Positions 7,713 through 18,597 of a stretch of 64,000 bases of DNA are shown piece by piece. The number at the start of each line of letters is the position of its first letter. Within the stretch, counting starts at the first letter, position 1. Both the position numbers and the translations under genes were made by a program. The stretch covers positions 7,658 through 71,657 of the forward strand of contig JAZRPS010000017.1 of the NCBI GenBank assembly GCA_045649345.1. Direction: 5' to 3'. Origin of the DNA: Candidatus Enterousia sp. (GTDB taxonomy: Bacteria; Pseudomonadota; Alphaproteobacteria; Rs-D84). The notes beneath the pieces were generated by a model, which did not search any database, was not told the DNA's origin, and saw nothing but the letters and a program-made list of their open reading frames with translations.

Positions 7713-9242
7713 TTAAAATGCGTATTTAAAGCCCAAGTGCAAACCAAATGATTGCCATGTTGCCTGCTTTAATGAGTCGCTAACTTTTTCTGTGTATGCC
7801 GCGACGGTTTCCAACAACGGGACATAGTATACATTTCCGTCTTCGCCAATAATTTCCTGCATCACATATTGACCATTTTCGTCCATGACGTATTGGCTGT
7901 ATTCTGCAATATATAGTTCGCCACCAATTTTACCAACGTGGAACAAGTTTGTATCAACCTTTAATGATAATTGCATACGATCGGAAATCTTATAATTATA
8001 CTCTAATTCTGCTGAATATGAATATGCGCCATTGCTGCCCTCATCTAAAAAGGATGGGTTTTGTTGCCAGTCGGTACGATTTGGCCATATCCCCTCAGAC
8101 GAATACTTTGGCAGACCAAATTGAACATACAAACGCAACTTGTCTTTTAGCGTCATTTGTTTTTCAACTTCCAGTCCGACAAAGAACCCAGACCATGTTG
8201 TGTTGTATTTGTGCGTTGTGCCTTCTACTATAACAGGACCGTCGCCGCCGATAATAACACATTCGCCGGCACTAACCCCCCACGGTATTGTCCCCATCGC
8301 AATTTCATAGTCGCCCGTCATCAGCGAATCGCCCAATACACCAAATCCTTCGTAATATCCAGATGGTGAATTTGTGACAATTTTAATGTCTTCTGGACTC
8401 ATACAAACCTGGTACCAGTCATCTGGTGCCTCTACCCCCACAGGGACAGAATAATAATTCCCCAGTTCGTCACCAAAAACATATTCGCCCAAATCTGTCA
8501 TCAAAGGCAAATATATACCAGGATTCGGGTAATAGTGATTTGACATTTCCAGGTTGTGCTTAAATATTTCATAACCAAATGTTGGCGACAATTTCCAACC
8601 ACCGATGTCCCAAATATGATGTGCAGATATGCCAAAGCGGAAATAGTTGCTGCGACCAGATTGATCACCCATTGAAATTGTAAATATTCCATACGCAGGG
8701 TCTGCATCGTCAAATGGTTTTAGGTCATAGTCCATGGATAAACCACCATGCGACATGCTGCCATAGGCATATTCGCCAAATACAGATAAGTCAAAACTGC
8801 GCAGGCTGAAATTATGGCGGGCGCCAACATGAATTTCGTTCCAAATCATGTCGTCCCATTCCAGTATGGAATTTACACCTGTTTCAAATTCAAAGTCTGC
8901 AAATCTGCGCGCATATTCTGCATACAGGGTCGTGGCAGGTTCTGCCGTTGTGGGCAACGCGATTCCATTGGCTGTCATTGTGCCTGATATTGTTGGCATT
9001 TGTGCGCGCGGAACCTGATATGAATAAGTCCGCGAACCAACAACCTGTTTGTTGCCAGATTTGCCAACATATTTTGTATAACCTTGGTCTGCATATCGAC
9101 CATAACCGGATTGATTTGCGTTTGGCGCAGATGATGTTTGATAATATGTCGGCACCCCTTCGTTTGCAGCAAATGCCACCAACGGCGCAAAAATCCCCGA
9201 TAAAAATGAAATTGTCCTTGCCTTCATCGTATAACGTTGCAT
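7713..9242 (-). CDS. Outer-membrane beta-barrel protein, family unassigned
   Basis: Signal peptide 'MKARTISFLSGIFAPLVAFA'. Alternating amphipathic strands. C-terminal 'GFKYAF' aromatic terminus. Confidence 0.6.
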   Translation of the reverse strand: MQRYTMKARTISFLSGIFAPLVAFAANEGVPTYYQTSSAPNANQSGYGRYADQGYTKYVGKSGNKQVVGSRTYSYQVPRAQMPTISGTMTANGIALPTTAEPATTLYAEYARRFADFEFETGVNSILEWDDMIWNEIHVGARHNFSLRSFDLSVFGEYAYGSMSHGGLSMDYDLKPFDDADPAYGIFTISMGDQSGRSNYFRFGISAHHIWDIGGWKLSPTFGYEIFKHNLEMSNHYYPNPGIYLPLMTDLGEYVFGDELGNYYSVPVGVEAPDDWYQVCMSPEDIKIVTNSPSGYYEGFGVLGDSLMTGDYEIAMGTIPWGVSAGECVIIGGDGPVIVEGTTHKYNTTWSGFFVGLEVEKQMTLKDKLRLYVQFGLPKYSSEGIWPNRTDWQQNPSFLDEGSNGAYSYSAELEYNYKISDRMQLSLKVDTNLFHVGKIGGELYIAEYSQYVMDENGQYVMQEIIGEDGNVYYVPLLETVAAYTEKVSDSLKQATWQSFGLHLGFKYAF

Positions 9243-9318
9243 GTATTATAACACAAAAAAATATTATTGAAAAGCATTTTCATTTATCACTTGCGTGAAC
9301 GAAATCAGTTTGTAAAAT

Positions 9319-10386
9319 ATGCACGATATGAAATCCGTTGCACATAATATTTATATTCATGTCCCATTTTGCATGTCAAAATGCAACTATTGCGCTTTTT
9401 TTTCACACGCCTGCGCGTCGCCAGACTGGGGTAAATACACAAATGATATTTGCAGGGAAATTGTAAATTGGGGCGACAGGCTGGGACATTGTGATGTGCC
9501 GACGGTTTTTTTTGGTGGCGGAACACCGTCCTTGATGTCGGTCGATACATTCGATACGATAATGCGCACAATCCGAAAAAACTTTAACCTGATGCCAGAT
9601 GCAGAAATAACGCTGGAATCAAATCCTGGAACATTGGATAATGCGCGTTTGGCGAATTTTATAAATTTAGGTGTAAATCGTCTGTCAATCGGGGTTCAGA
9701 GCTTAGATGACAAAAAACTGCAATTTTTGGGACGCAGACATAGCGTTCGCGACGCGTTGAAATTAATAGATATTGCAAATCAGAAAAAAATTCGCATATC
9801 AGGCGACTTTATTTATGGATTGCCGCACGAAACACCTGATGATGTTGTACGAACATGCGATCAAATAAATGCATTGGGGTTATCGCATTGTTCAATGTAT
9901 GAACTGACTATCGAAGAAAACACACCTTTTGGCAAAATGAACTTGGAAATGCCGGACAATAATACCATGGCGCAAATGTATATTGCAATTGGTGATACAT
10001 TAAAATTGCCACGGTACGAAGTTTCTAATTATGCCATAACCGGACACGAATGTAAACACAATCAGAATGTCTGGAATGGTATGCCGTATGTTGGGATTGG
10101 GAATGGTGCCGCCGGACGCGTATACATTGATAATCAATGGTATGAACAGCGGGGCAACAATGCGCAATTTGAAAAAATATCAGATGATACGCGCGCTGTT
10201 GAAATTTTAATCACAGCTATGCGAACGGTTTGCGGTTGCGAATTGACAGATGCAATAAAAAACGTTATTGATATGGATTGGGTTCATCAGAATCCAGAAC
10301 TAATCAAAATACAAAACAATCGCATTATGACAACTAAATCAGGTATGTTGATTTTAGATGACATAATGTTAAGCTTAATAAAGTAA
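9319..10386 (+). CDS. hemW: Radical SAM heme chaperone HemW (HemN-like)
   Basis: 'HVPFCMSKCNYCAF' CxxxCxxC cluster. HemN-type C-terminal domain. Confidence 0.85.
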   Translation: MHDMKSVAHNIYIHVPFCMSKCNYCAFFSHACASPDWGKYTNDICREIVNWGDRLGHCDVPTVFFGGGTPSLMSVDTFDTIMRTIRKNFNLMPDAEITLESNPGTLDNARLANFINLGVNRLSIGVQSLDDKKLQFLGRRHSVRDALKLIDIANQKKIRISGDFIYGLPHETPDDVVRTCDQINALGLSHCSMYELTIEENTPFGKMNLEMPDNNTMAQMYIAIGDTLKLPRYEVSNYAITGHECKHNQNVWNGMPYVGIGNGAAGRVYIDNQWYEQRGNNAQFEKISDDTRAVEILITAMRTVCGCELTDAIKNVIDMDWVHQNPELIKIQNNRIMTTKSGMLILDDIMLSLIK

Positions 10387-10391
10387 AGAAA

Positions 10392-12374
10392 ATGGAAAGT
10401 AAATTTTGGAATATTGTTGGTGTTGTCGCGGTTGTCGCTGCGATGATTTGGGCGCATTCTGTACACAGGGGAAAAACAATGAACACAGGAATAAAAATTG
10501 AAAATATGGATACAAGCATTAAACCAGGCGATGACTTTTATGAATACGCAACGCGTGGTTGGCAGGTTAAAAATCCAATCCCAGACGATTATTCCAGATA
10601 TGGCGCATTCGAAGTTTTGCGAAATACAAATTTAGAACGCACGCGTGAAATTGCAGAAAAAGACACTGGCAAAATAGGCACACTATATAATATTGCCATG
10701 GATGAAAAAAAGTTAAATGCCGATGGTGTTGAACCTGTTAAACCGCTGTTGGCTGAAATTGATAATTTGACGCGTGATGACCTAGAAAAATATTTAGGCA
10801 ACATGCATAAGTTTTCATCTGCGTTTTGGGGTGATGGTGTTGCGTTGGATGAGATGGACAGCGAACATTTCCTGTACAATATTGGTCAAGGAGGACTGGG
10901 GCTGTCGCGTGATTATTATTTTGACGCGGACGCCAAGACAATTGAAATTCGCAAAAAGTATAAAGAATTTATAAAAAAGCAAATGGCAAATTTCGGCATC
11001 GACGCTGATGTTGAAAAACTGTATAAATTCGAAGAACGTATGGCAAAATCGTTTTACCCAAAAGAAAAACTGCGCGATCCGCACGCGAATTATCATAAGA
11101 TGAGCATTGACGAAATAAAGTCAAAATTCATTGGTTTTGATTGGGATGCATATTTGTATGCACGCGGTGCGTCACACGCGACGCATATCAACATGGCACA
11201 GCCAGAAGCAATTGCTGAATCAATTGCAATTATGAACGATACAGATTTTGAACTAATTAAAACATATTTGAAATATCGTATTGTCAGTGGCGCAGATACT
11301 GTTCTGGACGACAAAACATATGATATATCTTTTGATTTTTATAATCGTACAATGGCAGGACAAAAAGAACCAAAACCACGTTGGAAACGCGCCGTATCAA
11401 TGATTGACGGTTCGTTGGGCGAAATGGTTGGTCGACTGTACGTTGATAAATATTTTTCGTCTGACGCAAAAAAACGCATGCAAACATTGGTAAAGAATTT
11501 ACAACGGGCATATGCATTGCGCATCGAAAATTTGGACTGGATGTCTGATACAACAAAACAAAAAGCGCTGGAAAAATTATCAACATTCAAGGCAAAAATT
11601 GGATACCCGGATAAATGGCGCGATTATTCAAAACTGGAAATCAAAGACGATTCATTATGGTCAAACATGGTGCGCGTTGCAGAATTCGAAGATGCGTTTT
11701 GGATTGAAAAAATCGGTCAAAAAAAAGATCCAACAATTTGGTACATGAACGCACACGAAGTTAATGCGTATTACGACCCATCAACAAATGAAATTTGTTT
11801 CCCTGCGGGAATCTTGCAGTACCCATTTTTTGATATGGGGGCGGACGACGCATTTAACTATGGCGCGATTGGTGCAGTTATCGGTCACGAAATGACGCAT
11901 GGATTTGATGATTCTGGACGTCACTTTGATAAAGATGGAAATATGAAAGATTGGTGGACGGAAAAAGATGCAAACAGATTTAACGAACGTGCAAATGTCA
12001 TGAAAGAATATTTCAATGGCATAAAGATTAACGACGAAGTTAATGCCAACGGCGAATTTACACTGGGGGAAAACCTGGCGGATTATGGTGGCGTATCGAT
12101 TTCGTTTGATGCATATAAAAAATTTGGAACACCGTCTAATGATGTAAACGGTCTGACATCTGATATGCGATTCTTTGTTGCATATGCAGGCGCATGGGCG
12201 CAAAATATTCGTGCAGACGAAGAATTGCGTTTAACCAAAGTTGACGAACATTCATTGGGCAAGAATCGCGTAAATGGAATCTTGCCGCACATCGGCGCGT
12301 GGTACAACGCATTTGGTATAACTTCTGATGCGCCAATGTATATATTACCCGGCGAACGTGTAAAACTGTGGTAA
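10392..12374 (+). CDS. pepO: M13 family zinc metallopeptidase (PepO / endothelin-converting-enzyme-like)
   Basis: 'NAYY', 'HEMTHGFD' (HExxH) and 'GENLADYGG'. N-terminal membrane anchor. Confidence 0.85.
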   Translation: MESKFWNIVGVVAVVAAMIWAHSVHRGKTMNTGIKIENMDTSIKPGDDFYEYATRGWQVKNPIPDDYSRYGAFEVLRNTNLERTREIAEKDTGKIGTLYNIAMDEKKLNADGVEPVKPLLAEIDNLTRDDLEKYLGNMHKFSSAFWGDGVALDEMDSEHFLYNIGQGGLGLSRDYYFDADAKTIEIRKKYKEFIKKQMANFGIDADVEKLYKFEERMAKSFYPKEKLRDPHANYHKMSIDEIKSKFIGFDWDAYLYARGASHATHINMAQPEAIAESIAIMNDTDFELIKTYLKYRIVSGADTVLDDKTYDISFDFYNRTMAGQKEPKPRWKRAVSMIDGSLGEMVGRLYVDKYFSSDAKKRMQTLVKNLQRAYALRIENLDWMSDTTKQKALEKLSTFKAKIGYPDKWRDYSKLEIKDDSLWSNMVRVAEFEDAFWIEKIGQKKDPTIWYMNAHEVNAYYDPSTNEICFPAGILQYPFFDMGADDAFNYGAIGAVIGHEMTHGFDDSGRHFDKDGNMKDWWTEKDANRFNERANVMKEYFNGIKINDEVNANGEFTLGENLADYGGVSISFDAYKKFGTPSNDVNGLTSDMRFFVAYAGAWAQNIRADEELRLTKVDEHSLGKNRVNGILPHIGAWYNAFGITSDAPMYILPGERVKLW

Positions 12375-12488
12375 AATATCGCCGTCCGTTTGGGCGGCGT
12401 GTTGTTATTGAATTTGTAAACAAAACGATTGCCAATTGTCGGTTTGTTTGGTATTCTTGCCTGTATAATTTATCAAAGGATATATCTA

Positions 12489-13448
12489 ATGGCAATTAAA
12501 GTCCGTGATTTTGAAGTGCGTTTGACTCGCAACAAAGAAGAACGCAAACAGGTGCGTCAGTTGCGCTATGCTGTATTTGTCGAAGAAGAAGGTGCCGGTG
12601 CGACCGAAGAACAACGCGCGTTGGGCGAAGAGTATGATGCATATGACAGATACGCAGAATATATGGCTGTTTTTCATCAGGGACGTGTTGTCGGAACGTA
12701 TCGTATCATCGACCGTAATGCCGCAGAAAAAATGGGTGGTTTCTATACGGAAAATGAATTTAATATATCTAAGATAAAAAAGTATCGTGGCAATATTGCA
12801 GAAATGTCACGTGCATGCGTTGAAAAATCATATCGCGACAATGCATTGGTTATGCGTATGTTGTGGGCTGGTTTGGGCGAACTGATTGTGCGCCGTAAAA
12901 TCGGCGTCTTATTCGGGGTCGCGTCATTTGTGGGGACCAAGCCTGCACGTTCTGCCCAGGCGATATCTTATTTGTGCTATAACCATTTAACACCGCTACG
13001 TTTGCGCGCAACTGTATTGCCAGAAAAATTCGCAGACGGGGCAAATCCAAAACTATCACGCATGAATATCTTGCCTCGTGAATTTGTTGATGAGGCCGAT
13101 GCCAAGGCAGAAATGACACCTTTGATAAAAGGGTACTTGCGTCTGGGCGCCACATTTGGCAAGGGCGTATTCGTTGACACGCCATTTAATTCGTATGATG
13201 TTTTTGTTATGGTTGAAACACGCAAGATGAATGCTGCGTATCAAAAACATTTCTTGGGTCGTGAAAACGCATTGGGCAATCCAGATGATGACAAAGAAAA
13301 CATTATGAAAACCGTTGGTAAAATTATGACATTGCCTGTGGTTGGACCATTCAAGGTTGTGCGCGCATTTGTAGATTTCCTGTTGCGCGAAGATGCAGCG
13401 GATGCGGAATACGTCGAAGAATCAGACAAAGCAGATAATGAAGAGTAA
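12489..13448 (+). CDS. olsB: Ornithine-lipid N-acyltransferase OlsB-like (GNAT)
   Basis: 'FEVRLTRNKEERKQVRQLRYAVFVEE', 'VVGTYRII', 'GFYTENEF'. Followed by a PlsC-family gene. Confidence 0.72.
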   Translation: MAIKVRDFEVRLTRNKEERKQVRQLRYAVFVEEEGAGATEEQRALGEEYDAYDRYAEYMAVFHQGRVVGTYRIIDRNAAEKMGGFYTENEFNISKIKKYRGNIAEMSRACVEKSYRDNALVMRMLWAGLGELIVRRKIGVLFGVASFVGTKPARSAQAISYLCYNHLTPLRLRATVLPEKFADGANPKLSRMNILPREFVDEADAKAEMTPLIKGYLRLGATFGKGVFVDTPFNSYDVFVMVETRKMNAAYQKHFLGRENALGNPDDDKENIMKTVGKIMTLPVVGPFKVVRAFVDFLLREDAADAEYVEESDKADNEE

Positions 13449-13453
13449 TATAT

Positions 13454-14278
13454 ATGGCAAAATTACGTAAACAAAATATCTTTAACACAACAACTGCCAC
13501 GATAAAGTTTGTTTTATTTTGGATTGCGGTGGTTGTGCAGTTGCCTATCATTTTCTTGTTGCCCAGTGGTGGCAAATGGTCGGTACGATATATGCCGATA
13601 TTTATGTGGTTCTTGGTAAAACTGGGGGGTATAAAAATCGTTGTGCATGGAACGCTGTCTGATAAGCGGCCGCTGATGATTGTTTCTAATCATATATCTG
13701 TGTTCGAATTGGCAACATTTCCAACCGCATTCCACGGCAGTTTTATTGCAAAAAAAGAAATGGAACACTGGCCATTGGTCGGCTGGGTTGCAAAAAAATT
13801 TGGCGTTATATTTGTTGACCGCCGTCCATCACACGCACGCGATGCGTTGCGCGTTGTGCAAGAAACGGTCAAGAATGTTAAATATCCAATGATACTGTTT
13901 CCAGAAGGAACAACAACAAACGGTGCGTATGTCAAACCGTTTAAAAGCACACTGTTTAACTTTGTTGAAAATTCCAATGTCACGGTTCAGCCAATGGCGA
14001 TGCATTATCGCTACAAAGACGGCAGTCCAATTGATGAACAAACCATGGCAGATCACTTTGCGTATTTTGACAATAAAAAAATGGACATGGGGCCATTGTG
14101 CAAGCGTGAACGCAGTGCGTTTGGTCAAGTGTTTCATATTATGATGCTGGGTGGATTTACGGTTGAAATCACATTATTGCCACCACCGCCCCTGGCGGGT
14201 ATGGACAGAAAGCAGATTGCTGAAACACTGCACAAAATCGTTTCAGATAAATACATGGAATTAAAAGATAAAAAATAA
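13454..14278 (+). CDS. olsA: Lyso-ornithine lipid O-acyltransferase / PlsC-family acyltransferase
   Basis: 'SNHISVFE' (HX4-type acyltransferase motif) and 'FPEGTTTNG'. Adjacent to olsB. Confidence 0.68.
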   Translation: MAKLRKQNIFNTTTATIKFVLFWIAVVVQLPIIFLLPSGGKWSVRYMPIFMWFLVKLGGIKIVVHGTLSDKRPLMIVSNHISVFELATFPTAFHGSFIAKKEMEHWPLVGWVAKKFGVIFVDRRPSHARDALRVVQETVKNVKYPMILFPEGTTTNGAYVKPFKSTLFNFVENSNVTVQPMAMHYRYKDGSPIDEQTMADHFAYFDNKKMDMGPLCKRERSAFGQVFHIMMLGGFTVEITLLPPPPLAGMDRKQIAETLHKIVSDKYMELKDKK

Positions 14279-14303
14279 AAACAAAAATAAAGAGATTTAG
14301 GAT

Positions 14304-15584
14304 ATGAAAATTGAAAATTTATGCGTTCGTCGTTTGATTGGTGATGTTGCAGGCGCAACAACACATGGTCATAAAATGGCGGTAAAAGGTGGTTATATAT
14401 ATCAAACCTTCCAAGGCGGTTATACATTGTCGCCATTGGGGTGGCGTGTTGTTCGTAACATTGAAAATATCATCAGACAAGAAATGGATGGTATTGACGG
14501 ACAAGAAATCTTGATGCCTGTTGTATCTGGCGCAGATATTTGGCGCGAAAGCGGACGTTATGATACAGTTGATGTTCTGGCAAAATTCAAAGGACGTTCC
14601 GGAACAGACTATGTTTTAAATCCAACACACGAAGAAGTTGTTGTTGATTATGTTAAGTCTGTTTTGGAAACGTATCGCCAAATGCCATTTATGGTTTATC
14701 AAATTCAGACAAAATTCCGCGACGAATTGCGCGCGCGCGCTGGGCTCATTCGTACACGCGAATTTATTATGAAAGACGCATATTCATTCCATGAAACCCA
14801 GGACGACTTGGAATTATATTATAATCGCTGTCACGATGCGTACGAACGTATTTTTTCACGTTGCGGTCTGAAAAACGTTGTCAGCGTATTGTCATCAACT
14901 GGTGATATGGGTGGCAGTGTCGCGCATGAATTTCAGCTGATAAACGACATGGGCGAAGATACAATCTTTTTATGTGAATGTGGTTTTAAAACAAATAAAG
15001 AACTGATTGACGAAGAAACAGAAACTTGCCCAAAGTGTGGCAAGAAGATGAATAAAGTTCGCGGTATCGAAATTGGTAATATTTTCCAATTGGGAACCAA
15101 GTATTCTGTTTCTATGAATTTGACATATACTTCTCCAGATGGCGAACAAAAAAATCCGATTATGGGCTGTTATGGGATTGGTGTCGGTCGCACAATGGCG
15201 GCAATTATGGAAGAAAGCGCAGATGACAAAGGACCAATTTGGAATATGGCAACAGCACCATTTGCAGTCGAAGTAATTGGCCTGCCAGATAAAGAGGGCA
15301 AGACATTGCCATTGGCGGAAAAAATATATAACGATTTAAAGTCTGCGGGCATTGAAACTATTCTAGATAATCGTGATGCACGTGCCGGTGAAAAGTTTGC
15401 AGATGCAGATTTGATAGCCGCACCAATTCGCTTGATTGTTTCTGCCAAGAATTTAGCGAACAATGCAATTGAAGTAAAATATCGCGTTAACGATATAGAC
15501 ACATCTGAATATAAAACAAGTTTTGGCTTGGATACATATATGTCAGAAACAGTCGATACAATATTAAAATTATTGGGCAAATAA
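14304..15584 (+). CDS. proS: Prolyl-tRNA synthetase (short type lacking the INS editing domain)
   Basis: Class II motifs 'FRDELRARAGLIRTREFIMKDAYSFH' and 'RGIEIGNIFQLGTKYS'. The INS position holds a CxC...CxxC mini zinc ribbon. Confidence 0.9.
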   Translation: MKIENLCVRRLIGDVAGATTHGHKMAVKGGYIYQTFQGGYTLSPLGWRVVRNIENIIRQEMDGIDGQEILMPVVSGADIWRESGRYDTVDVLAKFKGRSGTDYVLNPTHEEVVVDYVKSVLETYRQMPFMVYQIQTKFRDELRARAGLIRTREFIMKDAYSFHETQDDLELYYNRCHDAYERIFSRCGLKNVVSVLSSTGDMGGSVAHEFQLINDMGEDTIFLCECGFKTNKELIDEETETCPKCGKKMNKVRGIEIGNIFQLGTKYSVSMNLTYTSPDGEQKNPIMGCYGIGVGRTMAAIMEESADDKGPIWNMATAPFAVEVIGLPDKEGKTLPLAEKIYNDLKSAGIETILDNRDARAGEKFADADLIAAPIRLIVSAKNLANNAIEVKYRVNDIDTSEYKTSFGLDTYMSETVDTILKLLGK

Positions 15585-15591
15585 AAACCAC

Positions 15592-15616
15592 ACCGCCCGG
15601 TTGGGCGGTTTTTTTA
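15592..15616 (+). terminator. proS intrinsic terminator
   Basis: accgcccggttgggcggt followed by ttttttt. Confidence 0.75.
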
Positions 15617-15938
15617 TCTTAGGTGCAGTCAGGATGTTGATAAATCGTACTGCCGTTGATTCCATTGTTCTTTCGACGGGGTCGTGTTGTATATAACAAT
15701 GGCACCCCGATTACATACGTAATCAGGGGATAAAAATATAACGACATAAAGCAAAAAAATCTTTTGTGCCAGGCAGTTTAGGTCTATCAAACCCCATCAG
15801 ATTCCCTTTTATCCCGACAGAAACCTGACGTTAAAAATTATACGAACCTAAACAATAAAAGTCGAAAGATTTTAATCCGCAGTACTGTTTTTAACCAAGA
15901 ATTCAACCTGTAGTAGAAGTTATTTGTAAACACCACCA

Positions 15939-16184
15939 TTATTTTTTACAACCGAGTTCATCACAGATTTTGCCGAATTCACTCATTGTGATATTTGCAT
16001 TGTTTAAAACCTTGGTCACGGTACGCAGTGACGGATAACGATTTTTACCATAACAATTCACGCGCTTTGATTTATTAAAAGTAGTTGCATCCAAGCCACT
16101 GTTTAACGCCATTCTTGACGGGCTGACTGCATTTGTTTTAGCAATAGCGTCCAGCGCGCCCCAAATCTGGTCGTGTGTAATCAT
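15939..16184 (-). CDS. XRE-family HTH regulator (PraR/PhrR-like)
   Basis: 'MITHDQIWGALDAIAKTNAVSPSRMALNSGLDATTFNKSKR' matches the alphaproteobacterial PraR/PhrR-type N-terminus from memory. The internal ATG is preferred. Confidence 0.55.
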   Translation of the reverse strand: MITHDQIWGALDAIAKTNAVSPSRMALNSGLDATTFNKSKRVNCYGKNRYPSLRTVTKVLNNANITMSEFGKICDELGCKK

Positions 16185-16404
16185 GTAGAGTTCTCCTTTG
16201 TTTTGTGATTGTTTTCTGGTGTAAAATTCAGTGACAGATTTCAACTATGACACGATTCATAAATAAAAATCAATCATTATTTATAAGTTTATGTTCCTAA
16301 GTAATCAACACAGACAAAATAAGAACAGTGTCCTAGTGCATACATCAAAAAAGCAGGCTATGGTATTAAGAAAAAATACCGATTGTTTTTATTATGGGGT
16401 CACT

Positions 16405-17346
16405 ATGATGAAGCGCTTATTCTTGTTTGCAGCCTATGACAAAGATGGAATCGTTGACGATACACTGATACACTACTTATCAGAACTATCAAAGTTGGGT
16501 GATATTGTGTTTGTTATGGACAATGACGCAAGCGAAACCGAATTAAACAAAATAAAACAAATTCCACATGTCTTATACGCGCATGCCGAACGACACAATG
16601 AATATGATTTTGGATCATATAAACGCGCATACATTTGGGCGCGCGACAACAAACTGTTAAAAAAATACGATTGGATTTATTTAGTAAACGATTCCGTTCT
16701 GGGACCACTGTTTGACACCAAACCAATTCTGAAAGATTTGGAATCTCGTGAAGTCGATTTAACAGGCATGATTTCGTATGGCGAAAAGTATATCTGTGAA
16801 CACATTCAGTCATGGTTTGTAGGCCTATCACAACGTGTTGCAACAGAGAATTTTTTTGAAGATTTTATTTGCAGCGTTAAACACGAAAACAACAAAGCCG
16901 TTATTTGTGCGAAATATGAATTCCAACTGACAAATCGCATTGTTCACAGAGGTTATAAATATTCTTCTTTTTTAGATACAGAAAAATACTTAACTGATCG
17001 CTGTCATTTAATGTATCATGAACCATTATTAGCGCTAAAATTAGGTTGTCCTTTTATTAAAAAATCTGTCGCGCAAAAGGTTTTAAATAAAGAATTCTTA
17101 TTACAACATATTGAAGATGAAAAATTGTTGCCCATTTTAAAAAAATGGTCCCATAGGATGCCACAGATACCAGAAAAGAAATTACTTTACAAACCTGTTT
17201 TCAGATTACGAATATTTGGATTGCAAATTATAAAAATATACAAAGTCGCTGACACGTTTGGTGGTGCCGCAGAATCAAAATACCGTATTGAAGCATTTGG
17301 ATTTCTGCCAGTTGGGTTTGTTCATCGTACAAAACACGCAAAGTAA
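16405..17346 (+). CDS. Rhamnan-synthesis protein F (RgpF)-like glycosyltransferase
   Basis: 'LFLFAAYDKDGIVDDTLIHYLSEL...VFVMDN' and 'LVNDSVLGPLF'. AT-rich. ATG at 16405 is preferred to the upstream extension. Confidence 0.55.
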   Translation: MMKRLFLFAAYDKDGIVDDTLIHYLSELSKLGDIVFVMDNDASETELNKIKQIPHVLYAHAERHNEYDFGSYKRAYIWARDNKLLKKYDWIYLVNDSVLGPLFDTKPILKDLESREVDLTGMISYGEKYICEHIQSWFVGLSQRVATENFFEDFICSVKHENNKAVICAKYEFQLTNRIVHRGYKYSSFLDTEKYLTDRCHLMYHEPLLALKLGCPFIKKSVAQKVLNKEFLLQHIEDEKLLPILKKWSHRMPQIPEKKLLYKPVFRLRIFGLQIIKIYKVADTFGGAAESKYRIEAFGFLPVGFVHRTKHAK

Positions 17347-17355
17347 AGACAATAA

Positions 17356-18552
17356 ATGAAAAACGCACTAATAACCCTTATGTATGCAGATGGTTTACAT
17401 GGAGGCGTAAAATATTCCGCTGAACTGGGACAGTATTTAAACACACTTGGGTATAACGTATATATGTGTGGTGTTGTCACAAATGATAAAATAAAAAATT
17501 TTTTAAAACAAAATGATATAAAATTGTTTAATGTGTCGGAAATGCCTACGGATATATATTTTGATTTAGTATGGGCGCATCATTGGCCGATATTACCATA
17601 TCTTATAAAACGTGGCATAAAATACAAGTATCTAATCAATTCCTGCATTAGTCGTATTTTACTTGTAGAGCGTCCAATATGGTTTTGGGAAAATATTGAT
17701 TTGTGTTTAACATTGACACAAGAAGCGAAAGAACTATTTTGCGAAAAATACGATATACCAAACAATAAGATAGAGGTTTTACCCAATACTGCACCAGACA
17801 TTTTTTTCAACTATAAAACCACGATAAACGATACGCCAAAAAAAATAGCGGTTGTATCAAATCATATTCCAGAAGAAATTTTTGAAGCGATAGAATTACT
17901 TAAACAAAAAAATATTGATATTGCAATATATGGTTCTCAAACACAAAGTGTCGACATTACACCGAACCTATTATCAAAATACGATGTCGTTATAACTATA
18001 GGCAAAACTGTACAATATTCTCTTGCTATGGGGATACCTGTTTATAATTATGACCACTTTGGTGGCAATGGTTATATAACAATTGACAATATATACACAG
18101 AAGAAAAATTTACGTTTTCTGGCAGAAGTTCTTTTTGCAAAAAAACACCACATTCAATCGTAAATGAAATTTTTTCACACTATGACTCAGTAAAAAAACA
18201 ACGAAAAAAATTACACGAAATCGCCAAGGAAAGGTATCAATTATCAACAAGAATAAACCAGATTCTAAATAAAATTTACTCTAGCCCCCCAGTAAAACAC
18301 GTAGAAATTAATGGAAACAACAAACTATTGTTTGACTATTGCGAATTTGTAATAGACTTGGTTGCACATCATAATAATATCAAAAAAAATATAACAAGAT
18401 ACCAGGGTTTAAAATCTAAAACAAGACAACAACCAGAAGCCTTTAATCTGATAAGCTATCTGAAACTAAGAATCTTCTGCTCTTTGATTCCTGTAAAAAA
18501 GTGGCGGAGGAATGCACGACGACATATACAGAGACGCATCATAAAACAATAA
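17356..18552 (+). CDS. Putative GT-B fold glycosyltransferase with a basic C-terminal tail
   Basis: 398-aa AT-rich ORF, 10 nt after the previous gene. Rossmann-like halves. The family is not resolved by eye. Confidence 0.45.
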   Translation: MKNALITLMYADGLHGGVKYSAELGQYLNTLGYNVYMCGVVTNDKIKNFLKQNDIKLFNVSEMPTDIYFDLVWAHHWPILPYLIKRGIKYKYLINSCISRILLVERPIWFWENIDLCLTLTQEAKELFCEKYDIPNNKIEVLPNTAPDIFFNYKTTINDTPKKIAVVSNHIPEEIFEAIELLKQKNIDIAIYGSQTQSVDITPNLLSKYDVVITIGKTVQYSLAMGIPVYNYDHFGGNGYITIDNIYTEEKFTFSGRSSFCKKTPHSIVNEIFSHYDSVKKQRKKLHEIAKERYQLSTRINQILNKIYSSPPVKHVEINGNNKLLFDYCEFVIDLVAHHNNIKKNITRYQGLKSKTRQQPEAFNLISYLKLRIFCSLIPVKKWRRNARRHIQRRIIKQ

Positions 18553-18597
18553 AACATCTAAGCTGTGCAAACAATTTTGGCAACGCGAGAATTATAT

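Noticed and set aside
16291-16404. N-terminal extension of the RgpF-like ORF.
   Set aside because: The extension has no homology-like features. The conserved family N-terminus (LFLFAAYDKDG) begins right after the ATG at 16405.
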